Source: Eledone cirrhosa
Lineage: Eukaryota
DNA: 64,000 nucleotides
Direction of reading: 5' to 3'
Assembly: GCA_964016885.1 (NCBI GenBank)
Contig: OZ024742.1
Coordinates: 237,212,001-237,276,000 of the forward strand
Within the stretch, counting starts at the first letter, position 1. Every line of letters starts with the position of its first letter. A program made the position numbers and the translations under genes. The notes beneath the pieces are model-generated. The model ran no database searches and was not told where the DNA came from. It saw only the letters and a program-made list of their open reading frames with translations. Positions 51,031 to 64,000 of the stretch are shown here, piece after piece.

Positions 51031-52089
51031 TGTATATATATGTTCAACTCATGCAATCATGGTAAAACCAACATAAAATGATGATGATGACATATATATG
51101 CATTAACCTCTTCATGTGCACAAAATATGATGAAGTTATATGAAGTATATGTGAATAACATTCAATTTCTATCATAGAAAAAATAATTTCAGAACATCTT
51201 CTTTACCAGGAATATCTTAATAACAAGTGAAACTGGTCAAATGTTATGATGGAGATGTAAGCATTCTTCCTTTTTTATGATAGGGTGTTTTAATGCATTT
51301 ACTTCTCATGTTTTTAGTATAGATATAGGTATATATAAGGTGGTCGTTTTGATGATATGAAAAAAAGCACCCAGTCCACCCTGAAGGTGGTCATATTGGT
51401 GATACAACAAAAAGCAACCAATCCACTTTGTTAGATGGTCGTTTTAGTGCCACGTTAAAAAGCACTAAGTCCACACTGCAATGTGGTTGGTGTTGTGAAG
51501 GGCATCCAGCCATAGAAACTAAGCCAAAATGCAGATCCATATGAACATGTTAGTGTTCAGACCAGACATGTCTCATAATATGACAACCCATCTAACCTAA
51601 GCAAGCATGGAAAAATGGATGTTAAACGATGATGAGGACGATATATGTGTGTGTGCATATGTGTATGTATGTATGTGTGTGTGTATGTATGTATTTATGG
51701 TCATGTGATGCATAAAGAGAGCAAAAGTTGCATTAAAAAGCCCACAGCACTTGATGTGGATGGAATCTGTGAAAAAAAGGAGACCAATGGATGAAGATGT
51801 GAATATTGGCACCAAGTACTTCACGAAGATGAGTTACAATGTACCATAATACAAAATACCTCCCCACTACTATCGAAATCATGCCAAATATGGAATGTAT
51901 GAGCAGGATGAGTTGATTCAAACCATCTGCTCTCGAACTGTGACGATTTGTCCAACTCATGCCAGTATCTTTTCACTCTTTTACTGGTTTCAACCATAAG
52001 ATTGCAGCCATGGTACAGTAATCATAATAAAGAAGTATGTGTTTAGGCTTAGGCATAAGGCAGTTTATATTGATATTATTATTATTAAT

Positions 52090-52495
52090 ACTAGGGCAGT
52101 GGATTGGCAGTATCGGTAGAGGGTCTGACGCCATGCTTTGCAGCAAAGAGTTACGGCCCTTTATGGTCTGAGTTCAAATCCCACCGAGGTTAACTTTGCC
52201 TTTCATCCTTACAGGGGTCGATAAAATAAAGTACCAGTAATACACTGGGATAATTGCTGGCCTTGTACCAAAAGTAGAAACAATTATTATTAATACTAGG
52301 GCAGTGGATTGGCAGTATTGGTAGAAGGTTGGACGCCATGCTTTGCAGTATAGAGTTACGGCCCTTTGTGATCTGAGTTCAAATTCCACTGAGGTTAATT
52401 TTGCCTTTCACCCTTACGGGGTCGATAAAATAAGGTACCAGTTATCCACATGGATAATTGCTAGCTTTGTACCAAAAGTAGAAACAATTATTATT
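52090..52495 (+). repeat. Two head-to-tail SINE copies
   Basis: actagggcagtggattggcagtatcggtaga... occurs twice, joined by (ATT)n. Confidence 0.9.
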
Positions 52496-52751
52496 ATTAA
52501 TACTTTGATATTTCAGTCATTGATGGAGTGTTTGAGGACTCTGCCACCACGACCCTCTCAGGAATAGATGAGCGAAGAAGAAGAATCACACATATATATA
52601 TATATATATATATATTATAATTCTTCACAATATCTTGGAACAAATCAGTAAAAGGTGAGTTATCTCTTCATCTTCATCATTGTTGTTATTTTTCTTGTAG
52701 TTGTTCTCTTTGTTTCTTCTAGCAGCTTGTATTCTTTAACCAGTGAGATGA

Positions 52752-52785
<34 letters not shown>

Positions 52786-52977
52786 ACACACATATATATA
52801 AATACATATCCAGTTATTTTAACACAAGTGCATTAATGACTTACTACATAACATAAATATGCAATGTCTGACTTTCTTCCTTACCTATTTCCAATATTTA
52901 TCTGCATCAGCAGAGATGATATATTCAATGAGGACAGTTTAAATTACTACTACAGAAACCATCAATGCCATCCTCGT

Positions 52978-53065
52978 TATCACCACCATCACCACAACCA
53001 TTATCATCACCACCACCACCGCCACCACAACCATCATCATCATCATCACCACCACCACCACCACC
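52978..53065. repeat. (CAC/CAT)n microsatellite
   Basis: Visible directly in the sequence. Confidence 0.9.
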
Positions 53066-53722
53066 TTATAGTTGCCGTTTATGATATCCAAAGACATGGT
53101 GTAATTCTAAAAACTAAGATATGCACAGTGTGTGTGTGTGTGTGTGTGTGTGTGTCTCTGTGTGTGTGTGTGCATGCGTGTGTGTGTGTGTGCATGCGTG
53201 TGTGTGTATATATGATCAAATAAAATTGAAATGTTGCTTTCACCATGTTGGCTCACAGTCAAGATCAACTCCTACTGTATTGTCTTAAATTGTTCCAGAA
53301 GACATGGATTGGTTTAGGCTATAGGAGATAGATATCTTCCCTGATTCCTTTTCATTATCAGAACACCCTTAAAAGGGAATTTTTGTTACAAAATTGTGAG
53401 GATAGTGTCAGCTGGTTGAAGTTTTTTCGCACTTGACTTATTTAGACTGTGAGTATCTATATATTATTAGCAGAGAAAGATTGATGTTAAATGTTGATGG
53501 AGAGGAGGATTATATATATATATAAATGATCATATATAGCTGTCCAATCTTTGCAAGCATGGCAGTGATGATGTTGATGGTAACGACTTGTATCTTTCCT
53601 AAAATGTGACTGTACAGAAATGGCTAATGAAGGTTAAGAAAATTCATTTTAAAAAATTGATTGCCAGTCCAAAATAGTATTATAGAAGTATTAATAATAA
53701 TCTTATGAAATGTTCCACTTAC

Positions 53723-53817
53723 ATGATTGGAAGGTCGTCCATCTGAATAGCAATTGTACTTAATATATGGATAGTTGTTTCCATAACAAGATTCATATCT
53801 ACATCAGGTACTTCAGT
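53723..53817 (-). CDS. STK36: STK36 homologue exon (TEVPDVDMNLVMETTIHILSTIAIQMDDLPI)
   Basis: tttcag acceptor, GTAAGT donor; 95 nt, phase 0-2; joins both neighbouring exons in frame. Confidence 0.82.
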
Positions 53818-55060
53818 CTGAAATTATATATTGAGAAAATGGCAATAAAAATATCATGGAGTTAATCTATTAACAGTTTGATGAACTAAACTGCCTGAAA
53901 CCATATCTCCTTCTATGATACAAAACTGCTTGTTTTATAGTATTTTTATTTATCTAAAACCTCCCATCATAATTTTATTCACAAACCTTCATTAAAGATT
54001 ACTCCACACACCAAATAATGAAGAAGTCAGTTATTTTAGAAAATGCTTCCAAATTCTTGATTATTTTCAAAATTAATTGAAAATCATACAGTAATGAAAA
54101 GGTCAATATAAAGTAAAGAACTACAACATTAGTCAAAATAATTAGCATAGCTGTGTGGTTAAAAGGCTAGGTTTGCAATCATGTGGTTTCACTTTGTCAT
54201 GGATTGTCTAATGCCATGTAAGTAGAATTTGGTTGATGGGAATTGTACAGAAGCTCATAGAATATATATATATTCATACATACATCATCATCAGCAGCAG
54301 AATTGAATGTCCATTTTCCACTCTAGCATGGCTTAGACGAGTTGTCCTGTTGTGAGACAAGCCAGATCTGATGACCATGACTTGCTCATACAGGACTGGT
54401 TTTAGCTTGGTTCCTATGACTTGATATTCTTCCTAACAACAACCACATTTAGTGTGGGTTGGGTACTTTTTGTCATGAATCTACACGACCACTTTACAGT
54501 GTGGGCTGGATGCTTTTTGGAGTGTTTGTGTGGTTGTCCAGATTCAGGAGGTGAATTTATATTCATAGGAATGCTCAAACTCTCCATCTCTATAGTCCAT
54601 TCATCATATGAAACAACAACCAGGTCCATAATAATGTTTAGGAGGAGTAGTAGCAAAAATAGTAGCTTTTGTGATAAAAATATGGTGGTGCCTAGGGGCA
54701 GGTGAGAGTCAAAATGGAGGCCTTTAAAAGATGACAGAGAAAAAAAAGGAGCTAGGGATCTGTATGAGTGAAATTGGGGATAAAGAAGATAGGACAGATA
54801 GAATATTTTCAATTGAAAGGATATATATCGATTTTCGGTTGAGATCATAGGAAAATTAGTGATAGGAAATAGGACAATATTGAGACCCAAAAATAGTAAT
54901 GTATGTGAATGGACTAGACAGAGGGATGATAAGAGATAAAATGATTTTTACATCACTATGCATTTATATATTCGTAAATGGAGTAAGGGGGCTGCATATT
55001 CTAAACAAAGCATAGAGAGAAAAAATATGGAAAAAAGGACTTTAAAAGAGGACTGAGGGA

Positions 55061-55091
<31 letters not shown>

Positions 55092-55619
55092 TGTCAAGTT
55101 TCCTCATACTTGGCAATACCCCAACCCCATTCGTAGGGTTGACAGGGTGTTTCAGTTGAGTCAATATAACAATCTCTCTAGAGATTGTGCCATGATAAAT
55201 ACACCCAATACACTTTGAAACGTGGTTAATGATAGCAAGGGCACACTTCTTTAAAAACCATGCCAAAAGGGTCAAGAGAATTCTTAGTTGTGTAAAGGGA
55301 ATGACAAACTGACTAGTGTTAGTAAACTATATGATAAATGCATGCTGAGCACACTGTAAAATGGTTGGTGATATGAAGTACATCCAGCAGTAGAAAACTG
55401 GTCAATCAAAGGGTTGAGAGAACTTTTCATCTGTGTTATAGACATGACAACCTCCAAAGTGTTGGTGATTTACATGATAAACACACCAAGTACACACTAT
55501 AAAGTTGTTGATGATAGCAAGGGCATCCAGTGAAAATGGAAAAGGATGCAACTCATTGTAGCTTTTGAGTTTTTCTGTTTTCGATACAGGTATGTACCTG
55601 ATTATCCTATATGCTGCAG

Positions 55620-56375
55620 GTGAGTTATCTGCCGACGATGCTGCCACTGCCTCATCTCCCCCACCCCCATATTGATGCTCATAGCCACTGCTGCCGATGC
55701 AGGAACATTGCCAATGCCTCAACAACCACTACCATGTGCATTCCGGTGAAATTGTGTGCTTTTCATTGTGGACCTGGTCAGGTCATGCCGGCATTGAGCT
55801 TATGTTCATTCTGTCATTCTTTTCCAACCAACCATACATATGACTGTCCAGTATCTGCAATAACACGACATCTGTGACTTTATTGTGGACCCTTGTGCCA
55901 CTCCTTTGTGTGAGTGTCGGTGTATTCCATGCCTCTGAAATTTCCTCTTTGCGCATGTCAATCATGTGACCAAATCCTACCTGCTGGCTTGGCAGGTCTA
56001 CAAGCCATGGCCAGTGTATCCTGCTCACGGCAACACTAATACTTCCATGGGGTCCTGTCTATTAGATAGGGTAATGGTGATCAGACAAGCTCAGTGAATT
56101 TGGATTTCTGCTTTTGATATGGCTTTGTGCCTGAATACCCTGTGCAATCCCAGGCAAGTTCTTGATCTGCCCCTGACACTCCATCTGCACGTTAGCAACC
56201 ATATCCGCATGTGTGTCATTCCTTTTCGACCATCAATGCATCCAACTTTAGATCAGCAAACAAAGTGTTCTGGCAGACCATCCACTGATTTCATAATAAG
56301 AAGTCTTCCTCCACACCTGCTATCAGGAACTCATCAGATTCTCCTCTCTTCAGAGAAGTGCATCCTCACAAGGTG
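55620..56375 (+). mobile_element. Possible heavily decayed CRE-like (RLE) non-LTR element; (AAG)n follows at 56377-56441
   Basis: GC-richer island; frameshifted fragments SEISSLR / NHVTKSYLLAW, QASS*SAPDT and IRSLPP recall pre-RT motifs of CRE-type elements. Confidence 0.35.
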
Positions 56376-59119
56376 GAAGAAGAAGAAGAAGAAGAAGAAG
56401 AAGAAGAAGAAAAAAAAGAAAAAGAAAAAGAAAAAGAAGAAATTAAAACCGATAAGCAGTTTATTTTCATTTTGAAATTATAGTAATAAAAAAATTAACA
56501 GACAACCATTTTATCAATAACACAAAAAAAGCCCAGGTAAAACATATTAGATGCATGTTATTGGGGTAATACAAGACACATTGGCTAGACAGATCAAGAA
56601 TGAATTGTTAATGTACGATAAAAATTTCAATCATACATCTTGTGAAGTGAGGAGGGGGAGAGGAAGGAGATGAAATATTTTTAAGATTAATCTTTTAGAG
56701 CCCAGATTTTTTTTTTAAATCATTCTAATTTTTTGTTTATTTTTTTTTTTAAACTTATTTTTGAAAATATAATTCTGCTAAGACATTTTATAAATGAATA
56801 GTCATCATCATCAATTAACGTCTATTTTCTCTTCTAGCAAATGTTGGACAAGTCAATACATAATCTGAGCCACTGACCTCACAGGTATATGTTTCCGCAC
56901 ACAACAGGATGTACCAGGTGCATTTTATCATGGCATCAGCACTAGGAAGATTGTCACATGTTTGACACAACTGAAGAGCCCTCTTGACTCTTTGTTTGGT
57001 GAGAAAACCTTATAATCATTGCTTCTGTTTTAATGATGCAGAAATGGCTGTGTGGTAAAGGAGTTCAGTTCACAACCACATGTTTACAGGCTTATTCCCA
57101 GTATGTGACACTTCAGTCAAATGTCTTCTACTATAGTCTCATGTCAATCAATGCCTTGTGACTGAACTTTGGGAGGTAGAAACTGCAGAAGCTTGTCATG
57201 TATAATCATCATTATCTCTTCGATTGGCAGTATCGGTAGAGGGTCGGACGCCATGCTTTGACGCATAGAGTTACGTCCCTTGCCATTCTGAGTTCAAATC
57301 CCGCCGAGGTTAACTTTGCCTTTCATCCTTACGGGGTCGATAAAATAAATTACCAGTAATACACTGGGTAATTGCTGGCCTTGTGCCAAAAGTAGAAACA
57401 ATTATCTCTTTAAACCTAACAGAGCCCATTCCTCTCCAGGCCCAAACAGTCAATTTTTCCAGAGAGGGTGAAAGAAGATGGAATGAGAAAGAGATATAAA
57501 TAAATAGGTAAACCATTAAAATTAATATAAAATAAATGAAAAAAGAAAAACAATAACAAGACCATTTTCTCTACTAAAATAGGGGTTCACCTTACAGGCT
57601 CCAAGACAAGCTTCTCCATTTTACCCTATCATCTACACACACACCCTCACCAATCTGCTTAAATCAAAAATATATTTATATTTCTTATACGAACGTCAGG
57701 TTTGAGCCCCAGAGTTCAATCAAACCTTTGTGTTGTCTCATCAACTCCTGGGGACCAGTACTGAATAATTTGGAGACTTCTGGAATAAATTTACATGCAA
57801 TATGATGTAGATGTTTTTTAGTTTATTTTTTCAAATAGCATTAAAGAAGTTGATAGAAACAACAGTGTGAGAGAACCAATATCACATTGAGATATTTATA
57901 TTCAATTGTGTGAGATTCAGACAGATTTAATTGAGTATGAAGCATTAAAATCTATTGGAAATTTATAGAAAAAATTTCAGCACAGAACATAATAATGACT
58001 GAATCATATTTGAAGTTCTATATTAATTAAGAATAGCAAAATCTGGACACTACATAATGGGCACATGGGGTGGATAAAAGCACAAAACTAGTGATATTTG
58101 GTCTTTTTGTTCTAAAACATCAAATCTATATCTGCATGTAATAAAAGTTGGTTGTAAATGAAGATCAAAAGTAAAAATTCTGTTCAATAGATCGAGCAGA
58201 ATAAACAGAATAAAAATAGAAAATTCACTAAAGAGAATATCTTATCAATATTTAGTAGTCTGTAAATCTTTAGTAGGAACAGAAAACAAATGAATAAATG
58301 AATTTTACACACAAATATATCTGTATCAATATAGAAAAATGAACAGCAACAGCAACAATAACAAGAACAGCAACTATGGTGTTAATATGAGAATCTGTTG
58401 AATTAGGAAAATGAAAGAAAACATTAAAACCTAAATGAGCAACAAAATATAATGGCAAGTGAGGAAAACTCAGCACACATCTAATGAAGGATTTTAAGTT
58501 AACAAGGTGTTTTTAATGATACCTTAATGATACCTTAAAGCCACCTGAAACTATCCTCTGGTTCTATAATACAAAACTATATGCTTTAAAGTGTTCATCA
58601 TCATCACCATCAACATCATCATCATCATCATCACCATCACCATCATCATTTAATGTCCATTTTCCCTGCTAATAAGGGTTGGTCAAGCGGTCACAATTCA
58701 AGTCAGTACCCTGCCAGAGTTACTGATCTCCCAGATGGGCTGGGAGGCGGGATTTCTTCTCGCTTACATATGTACCTGTACTCTACAGAGTGCACTGGCA
58801 CCAGCATTAGTGAGCTTGTCATGTCTTTGACACAACTGAAGTAGCCTCTCAACCTTTTGTTTGGCAAGTTTTCTATGGTTGGATTCTCTTTTTCTGAGTG
58901 TGTTGAATACATTGTATTTTGGCACCAATATTATTTAAGAAATTTTTGTTAAGTAATGTTCCAAATATCAGCTTACTACTTATTTTACTAATTTCCTCTA
59001 AATTTCTGATTATTTTCAAAATTAATTGAAACACTTCGGAAGTGTGTTTCATAAGAAATATGGTGACAAAAGGTTAAAGAAGAACAATATGATTACAGAT
59101 TATATAGACCAGTACTTAC

Positions 59120-59218
59120 CTCTCCACTAAAAAGAGAAACCAACTGAGCCATGATAGATTGTTTATTTGATATACAGAAACACAAACTTGGGAATACTTG
59201 GCAGCAGGAGTAGATTAC
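59120..59218 (-). CDS. STK36: STK36/Fused homologue, first exon visible in the window (VIYSCCQVFPSLCFCISNKQSIMAQLVSLFSGE)
   Basis: AG acceptor at 59219-59220 and GTAAGT donor; 99 nt, phase 0-0; resembles human STK36 VLYSCCLVSEGLCRLL as recalled. Confidence 0.85.
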
Positions 59219-59879
59219 CTATATTAAATTAAAGAATATATATATATATATAAGAACAACAACAACAAAAAATAAAACAAACAATACCAGGTAACTTACT
59301 TTTCGTTACCTCATCTTACAGTCCATTTTGCATTGTTTAGCCTTCTATCTCTTTCCACGTTATATATTATATACAATGCTTCAAGCAAACTTCAATATTT
59401 TATTATATATAATTAAAAATAGATATTAAAAAATGCACAAATTATTACTGGTATTAAAGAATATATATATTTCTTTAATACTAGTAATAATTGTTTCTAC
59501 TTTAGGCACAAGGCCAGTGCATTACTGGTACTTTATTTTATCGACCTCGTAAGGATGAAAAGCAAAGTCAACCTCAGCAGGATTTGAACTCAGATCGTAA
59601 AGGGACATAACTATGCTGGAAAGCATGGCGTCCAACCCTCTACCGATACTGCCAATCCACCGCCCTTTATACTAGTAATAATACACACACATATATTTAT
59701 GTGTGTGTGTGTTATTTCAGGTTAGCTTTTCAATTGGCCCTACATTAAATATGTATGCTAACAATAACTTAATTATCGTTTACCATGCAGATGGTGTCTC
59801 AGAAATTTGTTTCTATTAAAAGAGTGTGGAGACACAGTTAGAATTAATTTAAAGTATTTCTTTAAGTGAATAGCCGTAA

Positions 59880-60240
59880 ACATTTTAAATGATTAGTATC
59901 AAGTCTTTTTTATTGGTCTTGTCTAGAAGGGGATGTGTCCATAGTGATTGCAAGTCTGTTGAAATTAGTGAAATAAATGCAGTTAATGTTCTTTATGAAG
60001 TTGCAAGTTGACAGCTGCAGAAGCATGATCAGGGGCAAATTTATAAGATCTGACAGTGATGTAAAATTTTCACTGTTCCTTGATCTGAAAGGAGATGTTG
60101 AAGGAAACAACTCTTGAAAGTGTTAACAGTTAAACCCATGTAATTCCTTTCAACGGTATATAAAGGTGCTATGGTAGCAACTTTATATAAAATTTCTCCA
60201 TGTACAGAAGACAAGTCTACTCGATAGTACATTTACCTTA
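59880..60240 (-). mobile_element. Penelope-like GIY-YIG endonuclease fragment
   Basis: ILYKVAT...RNYMGLTVNTFKS followed by FRSRNSENFTSLS. Confidence 0.6.
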
Positions 60241-60303
60241 TGCACTGATACTAAACCACTTGAAGCTGAGCCTGGTTCTACAATACAAAACTGTTTGTTT
60301 TAA

Positions 60304-60523
60304 CCCTTTAATATTCAAACCGGCTAAAACCGGCCAGAATTCTCTACCTTTTTCTGTTGAAACTGGCTGTAACTGGTCACTCAAACTGATGTTAAGGTAT
60401 TGTTCTCAAAATAAATACTTTCAAAATCTCATAGATTCGATATTATGTGAGATAATTATGCAAGGTAAAGCCTTTACCATGAAAATATAATAGTATATGT
60501 AGAGTAATGTGAATGCTAAAGAG
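60304..60523. mobile_element. piggyBac-type MITE copy
   Basis: TTAA flanks and imperfect TIRs; homologous to 39334-39510. Confidence 0.75.
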
Positions 60524-61168
60524 TTAATGTGTTTAAATTTATATAAAAACCTTCTCTCGTAATTTTATGTAAGAACCTTTGTTAGGATAGGCTCCAAACA
60601 CCAGCCTAATTAAGAAAATTGTTACTAAATCCAAATCAGTGACTATTTTTTAAATTACCTGAAAGTCATAAGCAGTGTCTTTCATGACTATGGTAACAAA
60701 AGGGTTAAAAGCATTGTAAGTAAAGAACTTGATTAAAATTTGATTTGATTTGATATTTGTAAATTCAATAGAAAGCAAAAAGTTATGTTTAATTTACTGG
60801 ATTAAAATTCAATAAAAGAAAGGATGAGATAAACGTTTTTAACAAACAAATTTTACCAGCATATAAATCAATGCAAACATGAATATTTATGAGTATTTAT
60901 ATTTTTTGTAGACTGTATGAAATTATATTTTAAAAATAGAAAATGAAAAAAAAAAATTGATTTAAACAGAAAATTGACTGAAAAATTATAATTTTCTTAG
61001 AAAGTGTTTACAATATTTTCCTACAGACGTCTAATTATGCAATTATATGCAAATGATTGACTTCACTTTATTGAAGATATTTACAAGTAAAGAATAAATG
61101 TTTGAGTTTTATAAATATAAACTTGAAGAACGACAAATAACAATGAAACAGAAGAAGTTAGCTATTAA

Positions 61169-62395
61169 CACTTTTAGTGTTCAAACTGGCCAAATCTGGC
61201 CGAAATTATTTCCCCTTTATTTGTTCAAATTGGCCAAATCTGGCCGCAGACACCCACACAAAGATATCGTTCTAAAAATAAACAATAACGTTATCAAAAT
61301 ATCATAAATACCACAAAATACAACACTTAATATAATGAAACTTGAAACAATATATGTTTTTTTTTATTGCTGGAAGTACAACAGATTTTTTTTGTCTGTA
61401 TCAACATGGCTTGTGAAAGTAGTGATACTGACTTTGAAGGTTTTACACCCGACGACATTTAAAATGAAGAAGAAATAAAAGAAAGTATATGTGATTTGTC
61501 TTCAAATGAATCAGACATATATATCTCTGAATTTACATCTGACGATGATTATTGTTTTGATAGTGAAAGTGAAGAAGATCTCCAGGATGCCATTGAAAGT
61601 GTTACAGCAACATGGTTGAAAAACACCACACCAATACATGTTCCTGGTTTTATAGAAAATACTGAATTATTTCTTTTTGTTGTTGTCACAGACTTTCTTT
61701 GAAGTTGTAGCAAAAGAGACAACTTGATATGCCCAACAACAACTTTCAAATCGTGGAAAAGCTGATCTATTATGGCAACCGACAGATGCTGCAGAAATTC
61801 AAGCATTTTTTTCAATTAATATAATGTTTGGTATAAAGTAATTTCCAAGACTATGGAATTACTGGAGCACTTATATAAGGTTTAGTGACCCTTATATATC
61901 AAGTATTATGCCGAAAACAAGGTATTTGAAATTAAATCAGTATTTGCACCTGGCCAATACTTCAAATGCCACCAGTAGAAATGAATCAAATAATGATCCT
62001 CTCTATAAAGTTCAACCATTAATTAATGTATTATCTAAAAAGTTGAAAACTGTATATACCTGGAAAATATCTGTGTTGATGAAGCAATGATTGGGTATAA
62101 TGGTAGGGTACATTTCAGATGGTATATGTCAGCTAAACCCACCAAATGGGGCATTAAGGTGTGGGAACTCTGTGAATCGAACAGAGGCTACTGTGCAAAC
62201 TTCGATATTTACACAGGGAAAAAACATAACGGACAGAGAAAAAATGGATTGGCATACAATGTTGTGTGGTCTCTGACTGAACCCTTCCACTCTCAACACA
62301 GACACACATATTTTGACCATTTTTTTCTTCGGTGCTTCTAGCAGAGGATCTTGCCCTCGAAAATACGTATACCTGTGGGACAATAATGTGTCACA
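61169..62395 (+). pseudogene. Decayed piggyBac (PGBD4-like) transposase with its left terminus
   Basis: Acidic N-terminus (SSDTDFEGF), YLHL...DPLYKVQPLI, VDEAMIGYNGR..YMSAKPTKWGIKVW and YFDHFF; stops and frameshifts; TTAA at 61165-61168. Confidence 0.88.
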
Positions 62396-62875
62396 CCTGT
62401 AATGAACTTATATATTAGGCACATTCTGTTGTGTAAATCTACCCAGTACATTGTGTAAGAGTACATTACCAATATTATTTTGACTGGTAAAAGAATTTTA
62501 TACTTTTTTTTTCAATGAAAATATTTGCATAGAATTTAGAAAAGACTAAAACATTGTACCGATTATACTAGAATTTTAAAGTAATTCACTTGTTCGTGAA
62601 AAGTGGTATTATTGTTGGAAGTCAATATCTAGGTCATTGTTGGATAATTTTTGTAACAAACCTAACAAGTAAAGCACATAAAGTTTAAATTTTTGTGTTT
62701 ATCCCAAAAATTATTACTTATACTTACACCTGTTAATTAATTTCACTTGCCTATAAAAGTCAAATTTAACAAAAAAAATCAGGTAAAAATAGATAATTGT
62801 AAATTATTGATATTTAAGCATCTACTGAAAACATTTCCAGTCTTCACATAGAAAATTATCAAAATTACAAACAAA

Positions 62876-64000
62876 TCATCATCATCATCATCATCACCGT
62901 TTTACATCCGTTCTTCCACACTAGCATGGGTTCGACGGGTTGTCCTGTTGTGGGCAGTAGCCGGTTGGCTGACCATGTCTTGCTCATACGGGAACTGATT
63001 CTGGCTTGATTTCTACAGCTGGATGCCCATCCTAGCACCAACCTCATTTACAGTGAGTGCTGGGTGCTTTTTTCCGTGGTGCCTACACGTCCACTTTACA
63101 GTGTGGGCTGGGTGCTTTTTTGCCGTGGCACCTCCATGACCACTTTGTGGCAGTAGCTCCCTGAACTTCTTCCATCTCGTTCTTACCCTAGTTATTGTAC
63201 TTTCCAAACACTCACCTCCGCTGCTAATTCAGCCACCTAGGTAGCAGAAGCTGTCTACTGTTTCTACAGAGCCCTCCCAGAGTTTGGTGGTGCTTGTTTC
63301 CTGTGGCTGTTTGCTTGCTGCTTGCTCTCCCAGCACAGATGCTACATGTGAAGCCTACATTCTTAGTTAAGCTTCCTGAAATCCCACTACATCTCTTGTG
63401 TAACCATTGTTTGTATTTGCGGCAGAGGATGGAGTTCCTACCTACACCATTCCTACATACTGAGCAAGGCCATTTCCCTGGGGGGATCTGTTTTCTCGTC
63501 TACTTACAAGGACCTTAGTCTTTGTCAGGTTGACTTTGAGACCCTTTCTTTCTAGTCCCTTTTTCCATGTTTGGAATTTCTTCTCTAGTTCTACCATAGA
63601 TTCAGCTATAAGTGCGAGGTCATGTGCATACAGGAGTTCCCATGGACATCCGGTCTTAAACTCCTTCGTTATTGCCTGCAAAACTATAATGAACAGGAGA
63701 GGGCTAAGAACAGAGCCCTGGTGGACACCGACCTGTATGCTAAATTCCTAGTTATAGTCATTGCTAATCCTAACTTTGCTAACTGCTCCCCTATACATGG
63801 CTTGTACAGCTTTCACAAGCCATTCATCTACTCCTAGTTTCTAAGAACCCACCAGATTATAGCATGGGGAACTCTGTCAAAGGCTTTCTCCAGATCGACG
63901 AATGCTAGGTAGAGTGGCTTGCTTTTAGCTAGGTACTTTTCCTGTAACTGCCTCACAAGGAAGAGGGCATCAGTGGTGCCTTTTCCTGGCACAAACCCAA
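62876..64000 (-). mobile_element. RTE copy (RT plus PHD) with an internal deletion joining the ORF to the 3' tail; runs off the window
   Basis: FVDLEKAFD, HQGSVLSP, PWELLYAHD and WPCSVCRNG motifs; junction near 63148. Confidence 0.88.

Noticed and set aside
52864-53223. Poly-His ORF; likewise poly-Gly/Asp 37170-37370 and poly-Lys 56119-56475
   Set aside because: They are trinucleotide microsatellites with no gene context.
54414-54890. 158-aa minus-strand ORF
   Set aside because: It runs into a SINE/RTE tail and has only a vague GLNxCP resemblance to Penelope ORFs.

Overview
This window is eukaryotic (animal) genomic DNA that is AT-rich and packed with microsatellites and transposons. The SINE and RTE repertoire resembles coleoid cephalopods (octopus-like); that assignment is inference. 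The whole window lies inside one minus-strand, intron-rich host gene, a homologue of STK36/Fused kinase. I assembled 11 short GT-AG exons (59218 down to 5205, 1319 nt) with fully consistent splice phases. They encode about 440 aa of the C-terminal helical/HEAT-like region, collinear with human STK36 as recalled. The kinase domain and the last exons lie outside the window. The introns contain several transposon classes. The main one is a young RTE-clade LINE family whose reverse transcriptase carries a C4HC3 PHD-type zinc finger inserted inside the RT domain. Also present are tRNA-derived SINEs (some sharing the RTE 3' tail), L1/Tx1 remnants, HERO-like and probable CRE-like remnants, and Penelope-like remnants (GIY-YIG fragments, inverted termini, minimal hammerhead ribozyme motifs). 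DNA transposons include Helitrons and a decayed piggyBac with related TTAA MITEs. Most ORFs in the supplied track are spurious. No prokaryotic systems, CRISPR arrays or rRNA genes were seen. All homology calls come from recalled motifs, not from database searches.
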